Assembly: GCA_030704615.1 (NCBI GenBank)
Contig: CM060732.1
Span: 33,046,001 to 33,110,000, forward strand
Source of the DNA: Takakia lepidozioides
Lineage: Eukaryota > Plantae > Bryophyta
DNA length: 64,000 nucleotides
Direction: 5' to 3'
The position numbers and the translations under genes are program-made. The notes below the pieces were generated by a model that was not told the origin of the DNA, did no database searches, and saw only the letters and a list, made by a program, of their open reading frames with translations. Of the stretch, positions 12,830 to 27,083 are shown one piece after another; within the stretch, counting starts at the first letter, position 1; the number at the start of each line of letters is the position of its first letter.

Positions 12830-15497
12830 ATGGGGGCATCCGACTGGCAAGATCTGGTGTGGCTGGCAGCAATTGCAACATGTTTGAAGGTGTTACTCGT
12901 ACCCACATACCACAGTACAGACTTTGAGGTTCACCGGCACTGGCTTGCGATAACCCACTCTCTCCCTCTCCAGAATTGGTACAGTGACGAATCCAGTGAG
13001 TGGACTCTGGATTACCCCCCTTTCTTCGCTTTCTTCGAGCGATTCCTCTCTCTATTTGCAGGCGTTGTGGACCCTCAGCTTGTCGAGCTAATCGAAGGAC
13101 AAAACTACGCCAGTGATCGTGCTGTCTTATTTCAGCGGGCCACAGTTATGGCAGCTGATGTGGTCCTCTACTGGGGTCTCTTGGAGATCTGTCGAAATCT
13201 GTCAACAGAAAAGCGTAGGCTGGTTTATGTGGCTGTGATATTCTCACCGGGCCTCTTCATCGTTGATCACATGCATTTCCAATACAACGGATTTTTATTT
13301 GGGATGTTACTGCTGTCTCTCGCAGCGCTGAAAGATGGCCGTGATTTGATTGGGGGTGTCTGGTTCGCAATTCTGGTTTGCTTCAAGCATCTCTTTGCAG
13401 TTGCAGGGCCTGTGTACTTTGTGTATCTGCTAAGGCATCACTGCAGGGGCCCAATGAAGATTTCACGGTTTCTCAGACTGGCAGGGGCTGTTCTTGGTAT
13501 TGTGGCAATTGCATTTGGGCCATTTGCCTATTATGGTCAGGTGATTATCCGCTTTTTGCTTGCACTGTCACAATCAGTTCTTGATTCACCTTCAGAAGCT
13601 TTAAACAATATATAAGGTGTGTATGGTAGTGCAGTGGAGTAAGAGTCAATTGGCTCAGGGATCTGAAGAGCTCAGTATGCCTGGTTCAGAGATTGTACCG
13701 AGCCTCAAGCACACTGCTGAATAGCCAACATTAGAAGGTGCAGTGTGGTCTATGGCGCCATCTCCATACAGCTGCTTCCTACCTACATTCATTGGGCCAA
13801 TGTCTAGATTGCAAAGCAATAAAGGCTTGCTCACTTACTCTTTGGACTTACAGAGTAGCAAGCTCACTAGTGTGATCTGATTTGGTGTAGGTTGTGTTGT
13901 CCATGTGTCTGCCGTTCATGGGTCACGGCAGATTGGCCAAGTGATGAAGCGGCTCTTCCCTTTCGGAAGGGGTCTCTGCCATGCTTACTGGGCCCCTAAC
14001 CTCTGGGCTCTGTACAATGCTGCGGATAAAGTGATCGCATTTTTGCTCCGGATGGTAGGATTCCACATGCAACCCTCCAAGGCAGGCATGACAAGAGGTC
14101 TCGTAGGCGATTTCACTCCATATGCAGTGCTCCCACAGGTGAGTGCCTTGCTGTGAATTCTCTTCACTCACAGTTCTTCTACCATTCTGTTGCATGCATG
14201 GTGCTCAATATACCAATCAAGAATCATCGAGGCCCAACTGGTCTATAGCACATGGGCTTTTTACACTGCATGTTGTGAGCTGCATGCTCTAATTTGGTCT
14301 AACTAAGCTGTTTAGCCTTGGGTGCAGTGCATCTGCTTTCAGTCCTCATGGGCGCTCAAGTTGAGATGATGGAAGCTGACATGATGTAAGCGGCTTGTGT
14401 CACTGTGCTCCAGATCACACCATCAGTATCAGCAGGTCTGGTCCTATTCTCAATGCTGCCATGTCTTGTGCAAATCTGGAGATGGCCAAGGCAGTCAAGC
14501 ATCATTCGATGTGTAGCATACGCATATGCTTGCGGGTTCATGTATGGATGGCATGTCCATGAGAAGGCATCCCTTCACATTGTCATCCCTTTGAGCCTTG
14601 TTGCAGTCGAGAGTCTGGAAGATGCCAGCAATTTTTTCTTGTTGTCGACAGGTGCAGTTTGTTCTCTACTTTTTTGAAAAGAGGCAGAGTTTATGTTTCT
14701 TCTTGTCTGGCATACTAATTTCCCAGGCTTACTTTGAAAATTAGAGTGACCTCCTCCTGCGACAGAGATCCACAAGGAATAGAACGTCTCTCTGGATGAT
14801 TTCAGGGTGCTGATTACAGGAGTCAAAGAGAATTTATCAAGAGCATCCTAGAGACCAGTTATTATATCAGTCTGTCTGCATACTTCTCGGACTCGACCTG
14901 GCTCCTCTCTTGGCTCCGGGGGCAGGGGTCCAACTCTTTTTACAGTTCCTTGTCATGCTGAGCTTCAATACTGGAAACTAGTTTGTTCACCAGATCAACG
15001 TATATATCATGCCCAACTAACACTATTCTCTGATCTGTACTGCAGTTTCATACTACTCGCTCTTCCCCCTCCTTTTTGAAACGAAAGAGTACCCCATCAA
15101 AGTTGTCCTTCTTCTTCTACATACTTTGCTGTTGTGGGTCAGCTTCTCAGCAAGTTTCTGCATCTCTGGCCGACAGGCCACAAAGGAGGCCACAAAGGAG
15201 CCTGACGAAAAAAGGAGAGCTGATCACAGTCCTCAGAAAAGTATAGATCCAGCTGCCAACCTTTGTCATGGGACAGAAGTGAAGAGAGACACCAAAAGAG
15301 AAGGGGAGCTGCTAGGGAGATGTAAACAAACATACCTAGTGGGTCTAATATTCATAGAAGTCTATGGTCAGTTTTTGCACCCGTTTCTGCTCAGAGGTAG
15401 ACTTCCCTTTCTTCCATTGATGCTTATTTCAGTGTACTGTGGGTTAGGGATGCTGTATTTCTGGGCAGGGCAATTGTGTCACATTATTTTTCACTAG
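12830..15497 (+). CDS. ALG8: ALG8 alpha-1,3-glucosyltransferase; exons 12830-13540, 13932-14138, 14414-14651, 15046-15497 (535 aa)
   Basis: YHSTDFEVHRHWLAIT, EWTLDYPPFFA, DHMHFQYNG, RLFPFGRGLCHAYWAPN and WHVHEKA motifs. GT-AG introns keep the frame (1608 nt). Confidence 0.93.
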
Positions 15498-16648
15498 AGC
15501 TGTTGTTTTTTGGAGACTAGTGTGTAGACCCCAGTTCAAGGATTTGGTTTCCAAATTCTCAACAGAATGAGAAGGGGCAGATGCTTTCGAGCAGACCATC
15601 GTTCCTCAACAGTTTTGGTCATTGGTCATTTGGTCATTCTACCTGATAGGAAACACTGAAATCGAATATTCATCTGTGTCAATGAGACCATCGGTGGAAA
15701 ACCCCTTGGTTCATCAGTATATCTGTCTCCTCCTCGGACTTGCCTGTTGGATTTCTGTCTTGTTTTAACTATATGTCCCTACTCCAGAAAATTCTATCGT
15801 CACTGAAGTGACGTAGTATTCAATCTTTCTCTGTATAATAGTTCTTACCTCTGGCTCTGGTTTTCTGTTTCCCCTCATGTTTTTTTTCCATTTTGTCCCC
15901 TAAGCTCTATGAGCTTTCCGTGGACGTTATAAAGCACCATTTCATTTCATTTCATTTCTGTATCCTCAACCACGCCTCATACGTACACACGTTCCTCCGA
16001 CTATAAGACTAGGCCCTAATCTGTGTGTGTCTCTGCTCTCCTTTCACTCTCTGTTTCTTTCTTAGTTCATAGCCCACATATGTGAATACTGGGTGTCACT
16101 CATTATATAGAGCCGCCACAATGTGTGTGCCCCTGCGTTCACAAAACTGCATTAGACTAAGAACGTTTCTCTTCCCTTCTCATTTTTCCGTTTCTTATAA
16201 AGCACCATTTCATTTCATTTCATTTCTTCTCTTTACCCATTTGAAGCAAATTGATTTTCCCCACCCTCGCCATCTCTCTACCGTGGCTCCGCAAACCTTT
16301 TGAGAAGCATTTGCTCCTAGGAAAGATGCATGCCCACATTCCTGCACGTATCAGGAAATCCGAAGTCGGAAATAGCAAAAGCAAACACATACCAAAAGTC
16401 GAGAAAAGATAATAATAGAAAAACGAGAACAGAAAAAGTTGCGGGAAAACTGTATGAATTGCTGTTTCTGCGGCTGTGGCGGAGAGCTTTGCTTGCCATT
16501 GAAACGGAGGAGAGAGCTGTGTAGATTGATCAGGCGAGGGAGCCCAGTTGACAAGAAGAGGTGCAGAGTGTTTTGCTACGGAGGAGGAGGACAAGAAGTA
16601 TAGCTAGTTCTAATCTGCGTATAGACGATCACACAAAGGGAAAGGGTC

Positions 16649-17488
16649 ATGGGTCGGTGTAAGCTGCCCATGCAACTGATAGAGAGGTCTGATTGTAAGA
16701 AAGCTACCTACCTGAAGAGATCGAAAGGATTAGTCAAGAAAGCGAGGGAGTTGTCGACTCTTTGCAATGTTGATTTGGCGGTCATCATGTTCACCCCTGA
16801 AGGAGACCTGACTAAGTTTTGCAATACATCTATGGAAGATGTGATTGCTCGATATGCGAAGATTCCCCAGGAGGAACGTGACAAATACCATGATGAGATG
16901 CTTCAACATGAGGTGCCAAGCGAGCATCAAGACTACACATACGTGGCCAATTACGTGGACCAGCGTGCGGAATGGCAAGAGGTTGTGGACCACTATGACA
17001 ATCTTGAGCAGCCAGGCTCCAACGATTTTATCCTCGTTCTCAAAGCGTGCACCAGTCTCGGGGACCTGCAAATGGGCACGAAGGTACATGTTGACATTGT
17101 GGAAGCTGGGATTGTGCCAGACATCAATTTGGTGAATGCCCTCATAGACATGTATGCTAAATTCGAGAGCGTCGATATGGCTCAGCAAGATACATTGGCT
17201 CTTGATGAGACTAGTATCGATGAGAGAAATCTTGATGACACAACTCTAAACCTCGTGCTGGAGGGCAAAATCCAGAAGCTGGAGGAAGATCTCGACCTGT
17301 CGCAACGATACTCACGGATCCTTGCAGGCGACGAGCTATGGGGATTGGAGCTTCCTGATCTGGAGGGGTTAGAGGCACAATTGGAAGCATCTCTTCGGAA
17401 GGTGCGAGTTCATAAGCGCGACAATAAGAATCCGTATGATACACCGAATTATATGGATTGTACACACGCGGTGCTCATGCAACATTAG
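16649..17488 (+). CDS. Intronless MADS-box gene (MIKC*-like MADS + internal PLS-PPR segment + K-box-like C-terminus), 279 aa; copy 1
   Basis: MADS: MGRCKL...TYLKRSKGLVKKARELSTLCNVDLAVIMFTPEG. PPR L/S: FILVLKACTSLGDLQMGTKVHVDIVEAGIVPDINLVNALIDMYAK. K-box-like: ILAGDELWGLELPDLEGLEAQLEASLRKVR. Confidence 0.88.
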   Translation: MGRCKLPMQLIERSDCKKATYLKRSKGLVKKARELSTLCNVDLAVIMFTPEGDLTKFCNTSMEDVIARYAKIPQEERDKYHDEMLQHEVPSEHQDYTYVANYVDQRAEWQEVVDHYDNLEQPGSNDFILVLKACTSLGDLQMGTKVHVDIVEAGIVPDINLVNALIDMYAKFESVDMAQQDTLALDETSIDERNLDDTTLNLVLEGKIQKLEEDLDLSQRYSRILAGDELWGLELPDLEGLEAQLEASLRKVRVHKRDNKNPYDTPNYMDCTHAVLMQH

Positions 17489-19064
17489 TTTGCTAGCTAG
17501 TTTGCTCCTTATGGAACTGTACATACTCGATCAGCAGTTCTATGCATCATGGGGGACAAGTTACTGTAGAGTATAAATTATATGTCAAACAATATTCAAA
17601 AGTCCCATTAAAGTTGAAACCTTCTTCTCAGTCTGGGTGAGGATTGATCAGCGATAACCTCTTACATGCACTTGTCTTCAGAAATCTCCGTACTTGTTTT
17701 GTTTGTGAAGGTGAGATGTAACTTAGCAAAAAGTGTGATTTTTCATTCTGTTGTTTGAAGTGTGGTGTCCGTGTGACCGTTTGAGACTTTATTGTGCTAT
17801 GGAGACAATGACCATGCAATTAGAGACGAAAGGCAGTCTTCCAATCGAACTCAATCCACCATAAAAACCATGGGCTCTAGTGTGCAACAAGTTTGTAAAA
17901 ATTGCTCGGTTTGCATCGCACATGGGGATTACGACCAGGCTTATACATGGGACTCGCTATCGTGAAGTTCAGTGTCCTTTTTTGGTCGAGGATTTGAGAA
18001 GATAAGGTGCCTTCTGTACAGCTATATTGAGATTAAGGAGACGGTTCTCTTTTCTTGCATCAGGAAGCTGTAGTTCAATGCTGATTTTTGCTCACCTGTG
18101 GGCGAGGGGTCTGCTATGGGTTGTCAGATAATTCCTTGCAATCTATGAAATCTCGAGGCTAAGCCCCACGTACAAATTACATTATGGGCTATGTGTGTCC
18201 TTGGGGTATTGCTCTTGTAGTTCCCTTCAGTGTGGCAATCTGCATTTGCAGATCCGGTCCCAGGCAAATCGAAAGCAAAAGACCTTTCTGTGTGTTGCCT
18301 ATGCGTGCTTCAAATCCCTTCATTTCTGACAGTGTGATGTCCATGTCCTTCTGGAGTCTCATCTCTTGTTCCTGAGTTTGAAGCGTGCGGCCAACCCACA
18401 GTTTTTGGGGCAGTCTCTCTAAAAGTGTAGCACTGCGGAGGAAAAGCGAGAAGACACAGAGCGCGGAGCAGACTGTGACGGATACTCCAGCGCTTTCCCC
18501 ACCACACCCCAGTTCCATACCCGGTGATAAATCCTGTATCTCAACATATGGCTCTTTTTTATCTTCGTGGCAGAGCCGCGGGAAAGCTTAGAGACACCAG
18601 ATAACTCACAGCGGGATATACAAGGGAATTTCAAGGGATAACAAGTAAAAGGGAAGTGGTGTTAAGCTCAAGCTAGGAGCCCCACGGGTCAACTTTCGAG
18701 TTCTCAACTTACCCACCAACTAAATTTCTGACTCTCTATGCTGATGAGCCTGCAAGTGAGAAAGGGCCGGAAGACAGCCATCATAAGACCTTACTAAGGT
18801 GGAGAAGAAATACACATTGATTGTCCACCCAACACAGCAGGCTCTTGATCTGAATTGGGATCCAAGCGTCCCTGTGCATGAGCCAGCAGTAACAGATGCT
18901 CTTCACTGTGTCAACAATGCTACTTGTTCTGACCCTGAAAGTCTCAATACAATCACTTGCGAAGGAACAGACGTCAGATCCCTCTAGAAGAACATGACAC
19001 CAAAGCTTCAACACCAAAAAATTCGCAGAATTATTAGCAGCAGCCTGGAAATAAGGTAATAAAG

Positions 19065-22000
19065 TCACCGGGCCTTCCCTCCAAATATTTCATCGTCAGT
19101 CCACACACGATCAAGGCGCTCATAGTCTGCTTTGGGATCAAAGCCTGCATCTCGCATACGGTCAACTGACTTCCTCATGTCCTCGTCGGCCCCACCCTTC
19201 TCATAAGCATCCACTATTATCTGGTATGTTTCAGCTGTAGGAGTCACATTTGCATCCCGCAACTCTTGAAATGTCTGCTCCATCGTATCAAACTGCCTCC
19301 CTTTTCCATATTCCGAAATCAACTTGTTGTAGATGTTTACCTGGAAAATCCAGCCACTCCCCTTCACCACTTCCATAGCCTTCTTTAGCCGATCATAGGC
19401 ACCGCTCTTAGCGTACGCAGTTATAATGGACTCCAGAGTTCTTGGGGTTGCAAACATCCGCTTGTTCTGAAACATACGCTGAATGGAGGTGTCCATTGCA
19501 TCGAGTTGACCGGCATCAGCGTAACTCTCTATCACCATACTGTGGACACGGGAACCGTATTGGACCCCTATCACACATTCAGAAAGCCAAAAATCTTGTT
19601 ATGATTGGTCAGAAGATAGCAGCAGACCTAGCCATGGACAGTGTCAAAGAGGGTTAAAAAGGGGAGCTAAGCAAGAATCACGCAGAAGAGGAATTGTGTG
19701 TCCTAACATGTACTGAATAAGGCTCTGCTTGCAATGGCCAGTGCCCGGGGTAGAACAAGGGCAGAGGGGAGAGTAGATGCAGGGAGCCTGCAAAATGAAC
19801 AGGGGCACCATGAGTAGCCGGAACCCATTCATTTTCAGGGATTATTGGCAACCAGTTGGTGTACTTGGGATTGCCTGCAATTAGTGGGAGACATGCCCCT
19901 GGTAACTTCACAAATCATGACCACTACAGTCTTAACCAGAACTTTTAAAACCTCTGGGATACCCAGCATCGCATTAAACAAAGAATGAGACTGACCTGGT
20001 GTATCATCCATTATCTTAAGAGTCTCTTCCATCCGGTCAAATTTCAGTGTCCGACTATACACCTCCACTAAGATCTCCCCAACCATTGCATTTATCGGGA
20101 TCCCTGCCCTTTGCATGCTTGTGAATGCTGCTTGCATCTTGTCAACATCATTCACTCGCGCGTACCCAATGATCTGAGCGTTGTAGGTGATGACATCAGG
20201 CGTGCATTCGCCAGCTTCTAACTCATTGAATGTCTCTTCCATTTGGACCAGCTGTCCAGCACGCATGTAGCCCCATATGAGGGCATTGTATGTGTGCCTG
20301 TCAGGACTAAACCCTGCCTCCTTACAAGCCTCAAATATCTTTTTCATTTCTTGAGTCACACCCAATCGACTGTACATGGAAATTAGAGTGTTATAGGTTA
20401 CCAAGGTGGGCTGGCAATCCTGTGTGGCCTTCATATCCTCAAACAGAGAAAGGGCCCGTTGGGCGTCATCGTTACGGCCGTATGCATGGATAAGGGCATT
20501 ATAGGTTACAGCAGTTTTCTTAACACCCTTCTTCTCCATCTCATGGAACAGATCTGTGGCCACCTGGAGCTGGCTCACCCTGCCTGCAAAAGATATCATT
20601 TTTGCATACTCCTTGGGGTTTGCCTCACACCCCAATTTGTTCCTCTTCCAGTTGAACACCTGTCACATGAATCAGTCTGTTAGCACTGGACAACTCCAGT
20701 GTCTATAACTTCATCATCTCCTGACATTGGATTTTGCATAAAATAAGAATGAAAGGTGATAAACATGGGCATATGTTTTTACCAGTTTCCTTGTATTGAG
20801 TTTCAGCCATGATTTTGGCTACTACATGAGGAAGAGCTAAACAATATTTCAATAGGATTTTTCTTCATAGAGGCAAAAAAAGCTTATGAAGCCAAATACC
20901 GACATCTCATTTTAGCTTTGTCTCTAGCTCATCTCTAGGCATAAAAAACCATAGCTTAGGGGCCTCCTGAACCCAGAACATCCACTATAGTATCCAATCA
21001 TCCATTTAACTGCAGAGTAGACTCCAGAGTTGAATTTGAAAGGTAACCAGTGAAAACTCCATAACTACACATACAGACAGCAATGAAAAGTAGTGTGATT
21101 ATAATCAATTAAACTGCCATCAGGATTTCACATCCCCCTACCTCCATGGCAAGCTGAGGCCTGGGACCTTTCTGCAGGGCGTCTAAAAGTAGCAGCCATG
21201 GCCAGTTAAGCAAATGTTCAGACCGCTGCTCGAGTATCTGTTCAACGTCATGAGTCGTCTCTGCACCTTCCAACACATTCACCAGAGCGGCAACCACTGT
21301 ATTAGACCTTGATCGTGCATACCTGTCGCCTCCTTTTCTTCTAAATGGAATTATTGGGCTCTCTTGCGCCAACTGCAACTCTCCCTCTCCTGCACACAGC
21401 AAACCATTCTGAGAGCATGAAACGTCTGTGTCCATAATACACAGCATCCGAAATATGTTTCCAAAAAGGTGTTTACACTAATCCCACAACTTTGAGTTCG
21501 CCATTAGGAATTGGGCTTATTTAGCGTACATTACGTGTACACTAGATCAACTTGCTGATAAAGACAATATCTCGATCTTTGAAAGATTCACAACAGATTA
21601 CCAGATGTGTCTAGAATTGGATGATCTGTAAATCCTAGCACAAGGAACTCCCTTGAGCTAACTTTGCTCTAAAGATGACCGTTAAGCAACAGGATTAAAA
21701 TGACCAAAACATAAATTGAAGCCACTTCCCGTTCCAGCTGAATAAGTAAATTCTATAGAAATACCCGATTCGGCACAGAGATTGGGGGAGCTATGGGGCA
21801 CCAATGATCTACTCTAGAACCGGGAATAATGATGCCCCCATACAGTTCTATCTGGAAATCACCTAAGAAATCCTACAACAATCTTCAAGAATGATCCTAC
21901 TTTTGATTGTACTGCTTCCAGGGTTAATGGATTCGGACGTTCAAATATGGTGTTAAGGTGCAGCAATTTGCAAGTTTCAGCCCTTGAAGATGTCAGCAAC

Positions 22001-22707
22001 TGCTCCATACAGTAAGCCTAGATGCACATAATTGCAAAATGCTTCCCTGCTCTATGGGGAGAACGTACAGGATGCATGAATTCATGTCCAATCGGTCTAA
22101 ATTGTTGCATTAAACCTCTAAACACATGAAATCGATCATATCACCCCCCACACTTTGCAAAAGAAATAATTGAAATAAAATAACTTGGTGCAAAAACCCT
22201 AAACCCACATTGCCACATAGACAGTTTTGTGATTTTTAATTGAGAATGCAAACAAAATAGGTGACAAGGGTAGCCCAGGCTGTGCCTGCAAGCAATGCAA
22301 GGTCCAGAACAGAAAATCCGAATGCTTGTGATCCCCATAGCATCGCTACTGTAGATCAATGTAAGCAAAAGAACAACCAAGGAAGTACCTTGAAGATCCC
22401 GTGTACTCGTAATGCTAGAATCTACTGAAGTCGACATGTAAGCGGAGCTCCCTCGACGGCAATCCTGGCACATGTGATGGCTGGGCATACATGCAGTCCT
22501 AACCCTCCTATAGCCTCCTCCATATCTGCCCTCCTCTTGGCACCCAAAGAAAATCCGCTGCAAGAATGAAACGGTATGAAATTCCTGGGTATCACCTACG
22601 GGTCTAGTCGCCACACATAACGCATCCTCAGATGTGCTCGGACCCACATTGACAGAAAACCCCCCCAATCTGCGCAGCAACGGCCACAGATAATTCTCCC
22701 CTCGCAT
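19065..22707 (-). CDS. P-class PPR protein, probably organelle-targeted; exons 22707-22389, 21389-21142, 20659-19996, 19567-19065 (577 aa)
   Basis: Tandem 35-aa P motifs (VTYNALIHAYG, VTYNTLISMYS, HTYNALIWGYM). GT-AG junctions give a continuous frame (1734 nt). The first exon is less certain. Confidence 0.85.
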
Positions 22708-22890
22708 AATGTCTTCCCCTGCCCCTCTGCCCCTCCCTTACTACTCGAATCCAACACCACCGAGCTCGTGACTGCACCCCTTTGCCCTGCCTGCAAACAG
22801 CAAACCCTTTCTCCCTCTCTCTCTCTTCTCTGGTTCTTCCTGCTTTCTCCTATCCCTTGGGTTCTCTGGACTCTGGACCTCCCGCGTACG

Positions 22891-22931
<41 letters not shown>

Positions 22932-24513
22932 ATCTAGAATGGCTTTTCCACTTTCTGCACAATGCATACAGCTGATTCAACAGTGCGTTCGGTTTGTATG
23001 ATACCCATAATATCTACGCAGGTACGTGTTTCGATTCAACTTCACATCTATAGAACTCGTTGTAATAGTATATTCCTAACATTTGCAACGAATTTGACAT
23101 TTGTCTCCTTCTCTCTTTGTATCTATATTTTGTTTGTGGTGGCACCTTTCAAATAACGAGCAAACCTGAATCAAGCTAATCAGCATATTTCAAGCTCATC
23201 CTACTTACAATAGAATTTGGAAGACTAAGCAAGGTGGTCAACACATGTATTGACTGTCAACATTTTCTATTTGCGTGTGATGAGAGCTTCAATCTTGGAG
23301 GGCTAATGATCATGTTGTGTGGAACAATAAGACCAGCTGAGTTCTAGAACCCTCAGAAAGTCCAGTCTATAGTGAGTAGAATTGTGTGTGGCCAGTTTGA
23401 AGTTGTGACAGCATTCATTGGAAAGTCTCACTTGCTTGCAAGGCACCAGGGTGAATGTATTGCATGAACAAATTGGGAGAAAATTTATCGCCCTCTTCTT
23501 CAGACTTCAACTCACAGGACTGGTAAACTGTGATTGTCCAACATTTTCACAACCGTGGCAGCAGAGTGAACTAACAAGAAGTCATGGTACCTACCCTGCT
23601 TCATGACTACAACCTGTGAGACAGTGTACCACAGTGTACCCCGTCAAGCCAGAGGCACTCCCTTTGAGGGAGCAACTGAAGATTTGTAATATTGTTGCAG
23701 AGAGCTTAGACAGCTGGCTACAGTCTCACTGTTGCGGATGCAACGAGGTGCTCCTGTAGGATGATTTCAAAGGAGTGCTCCTGAGTGGAGAAATGGGCAT
23801 GCATTCCCACCTCAGTGATTACCAGGGAAGACTCTGGACACACACACACTTAGGCACACAGTTTCGAAAAACAGCACAGCAAATGTTGAAAAATTCCTCT
23901 CATATCCTTGCACATCTGCAACTACAAGAATGAGGAAGCCATTGGGTGAATTCATGCAGCATACTCATTCGGCAGAGTTGGCTGTCATATCACCAGGTTG
24001 AGGCTCAATTGCAGTTAACATGTTAACTCAAATTATCAAACACATAAGCCTACCAAAATCCTCCTCCAGTTTCCATGCCACCATAATTGTCATGAAGGAA
24101 AATGTTGCTTGGTCTGAGGGGTCCACAAAGAAAGATTGTCATACCCCATGAAGACTAAAAGAGACCTTAATATTGCACTATGCTCATACAATGCAGGTAC
24201 TAGATCAGCCAACATGTAATTTGTATATGGTGCACAACCTCAGTAAAGTATATCATATACAATTGTGACGAAAAGGACATCCATAGACTTTCACTGAGAT
24301 TTGGAGATGATAGACAAGGGTCTGTAGGATGACAACCATACAATCGTCTTGGAATCTATAACACGCAAAAATCACAGGGGAGGCACTTCTCTAATCATGT
24401 CCCCAACAAAGATAGTATTCAACCTCCGAACTCTGCATATAGCTTGTTGCAATTTCCCATGAAAAAGCCATTAGTGCCCTCAGAGTCCATAGAACCAGCC
24501 ACTTTGGGGGTAT

Positions 24514-25788
<1,275 letters not shown>

Positions 25789-25924
25789 GGCTGTGGCTGC
25801 CAAGCTTCTCGCTCACCACAAACTAAAGAGAGGCAGACTGACGGGAGGGCCGGCTTTACCCTAACCCTTAGCAGATGAATGATATCTGTCAAACTTTTCA
25901 TCCGTTAGGGCAATTCCTTAGGGT

Positions 25925-25962
25925 CTCGGGTTTAGGGTTTAGGCCTAGGGTTTAAGGCCCAA
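25925..25962 (-). promoter_or_regulatory. Telo-box cluster with adjacent site-II-like GGCCC motif upstream of RPL23
   Basis: TAGGGTTT (AAACCCTA on minus) at 25933-25940 and 25946-25953, followed by ggccca. This is typical of plant ribosomal-protein promoters. Confidence 0.7.
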
Positions 25963-26206
25963 AGATTCTTTCTGTGAGCGTTGTCTGCTCATCAATCGCG
26001 GAAGAAGATAAAAGGGAATCATAACACCATGTGCGCAACCATGCCCATCATCGCAGGAAAATCTCCAAGAACTCGAAAGACAGATGTGGAGAGCGAGTTT
26101 TTGGCAACAGCCAGTCCATGTTGGGACAATCGAGGCAAAACGGTAAATTTCTCTTATGTTAGAGCTAAACACATGCATTGAGGATTTTTCTGGAAAGCTC
26201 TCTCCT

Positions 26207-26207
<1 letters not shown>

Positions 26208-26264
<57 letters not shown>
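26208..26264. repeat. (CT)n microsatellite; similar tracts at ~8134-8154, 22895-22928 and 46551-46572
   Basis: Direct reading of the sequence. Confidence 0.95.
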
Positions 26265-26269
<5 letters not shown>

Positions 26270-27083
26270 TGTAATAGTGTGCTGAAGCCAGCGCTTGGGC
26301 GTGTGCGCTGTGTAAACTTTGGGTTGTCATTGTCAGCCATCTGCGGCGAGCGTGAGGGTATTTTCATTTTTATTGTGATGGAGGATAGGCTGAGAGTGTG
26401 GGTGCAGATCAATCCCAGAGGATCAGAGTTCAAGCACAAGAATACCAAGGAGGCAATGTGGACTCCTAGCTACAAGAAACCTGCATGGGTAGATGGTCAA
26501 TCAGAGAACCTGGACCAGCTAGGAAAAATTCTCTGGCGAGCCCTGGTGGAGGGGGGTCGTTGGGGCACTATGATAGTCCCTTCTCTTCTACAGATACAGA
26601 ATTGATGGACTTAAGGGTCTTTCCTTGGTAATTGCATGAGATGTTTTTCTGAGTGCTCTCATGATGGTTTTCATTCCCTCCATTGCTTACCCCCAGGAGC
26701 AGAGGTTCCAACAGACAAAAGTTATGTCTCTGCCTTGTAGAAATAGTGTAGGAAAATTGTGCGTTAGGTGCATAGGAGGCTATAAGCAGGTGGATTGTAC
26801 ACAGATGTTTTGTGTTGTAACTCTTCTCTTAGTCTGAAGGTGAATATGGTTGTTAGAAGTGGTTCTTGGTAGTTCGTGTAAGGGGACAATAATAGTATTG
26901 CAGCTGGCGTCCAACTTGGTATACTCCTGCAATGTGTGAAGGTTAACCAAAGCCAAGAAAAACCCTGTTGATATGTAGCAAGGAGCCTGTCCTCATGAAG
27001 AGATCTTTCTTTGGATATGTGGGAGCTTTGAGATATGTTCTGTGAGTTTGAGTGCCAAATTTTCTAACTAGGAATTCTGAGTC

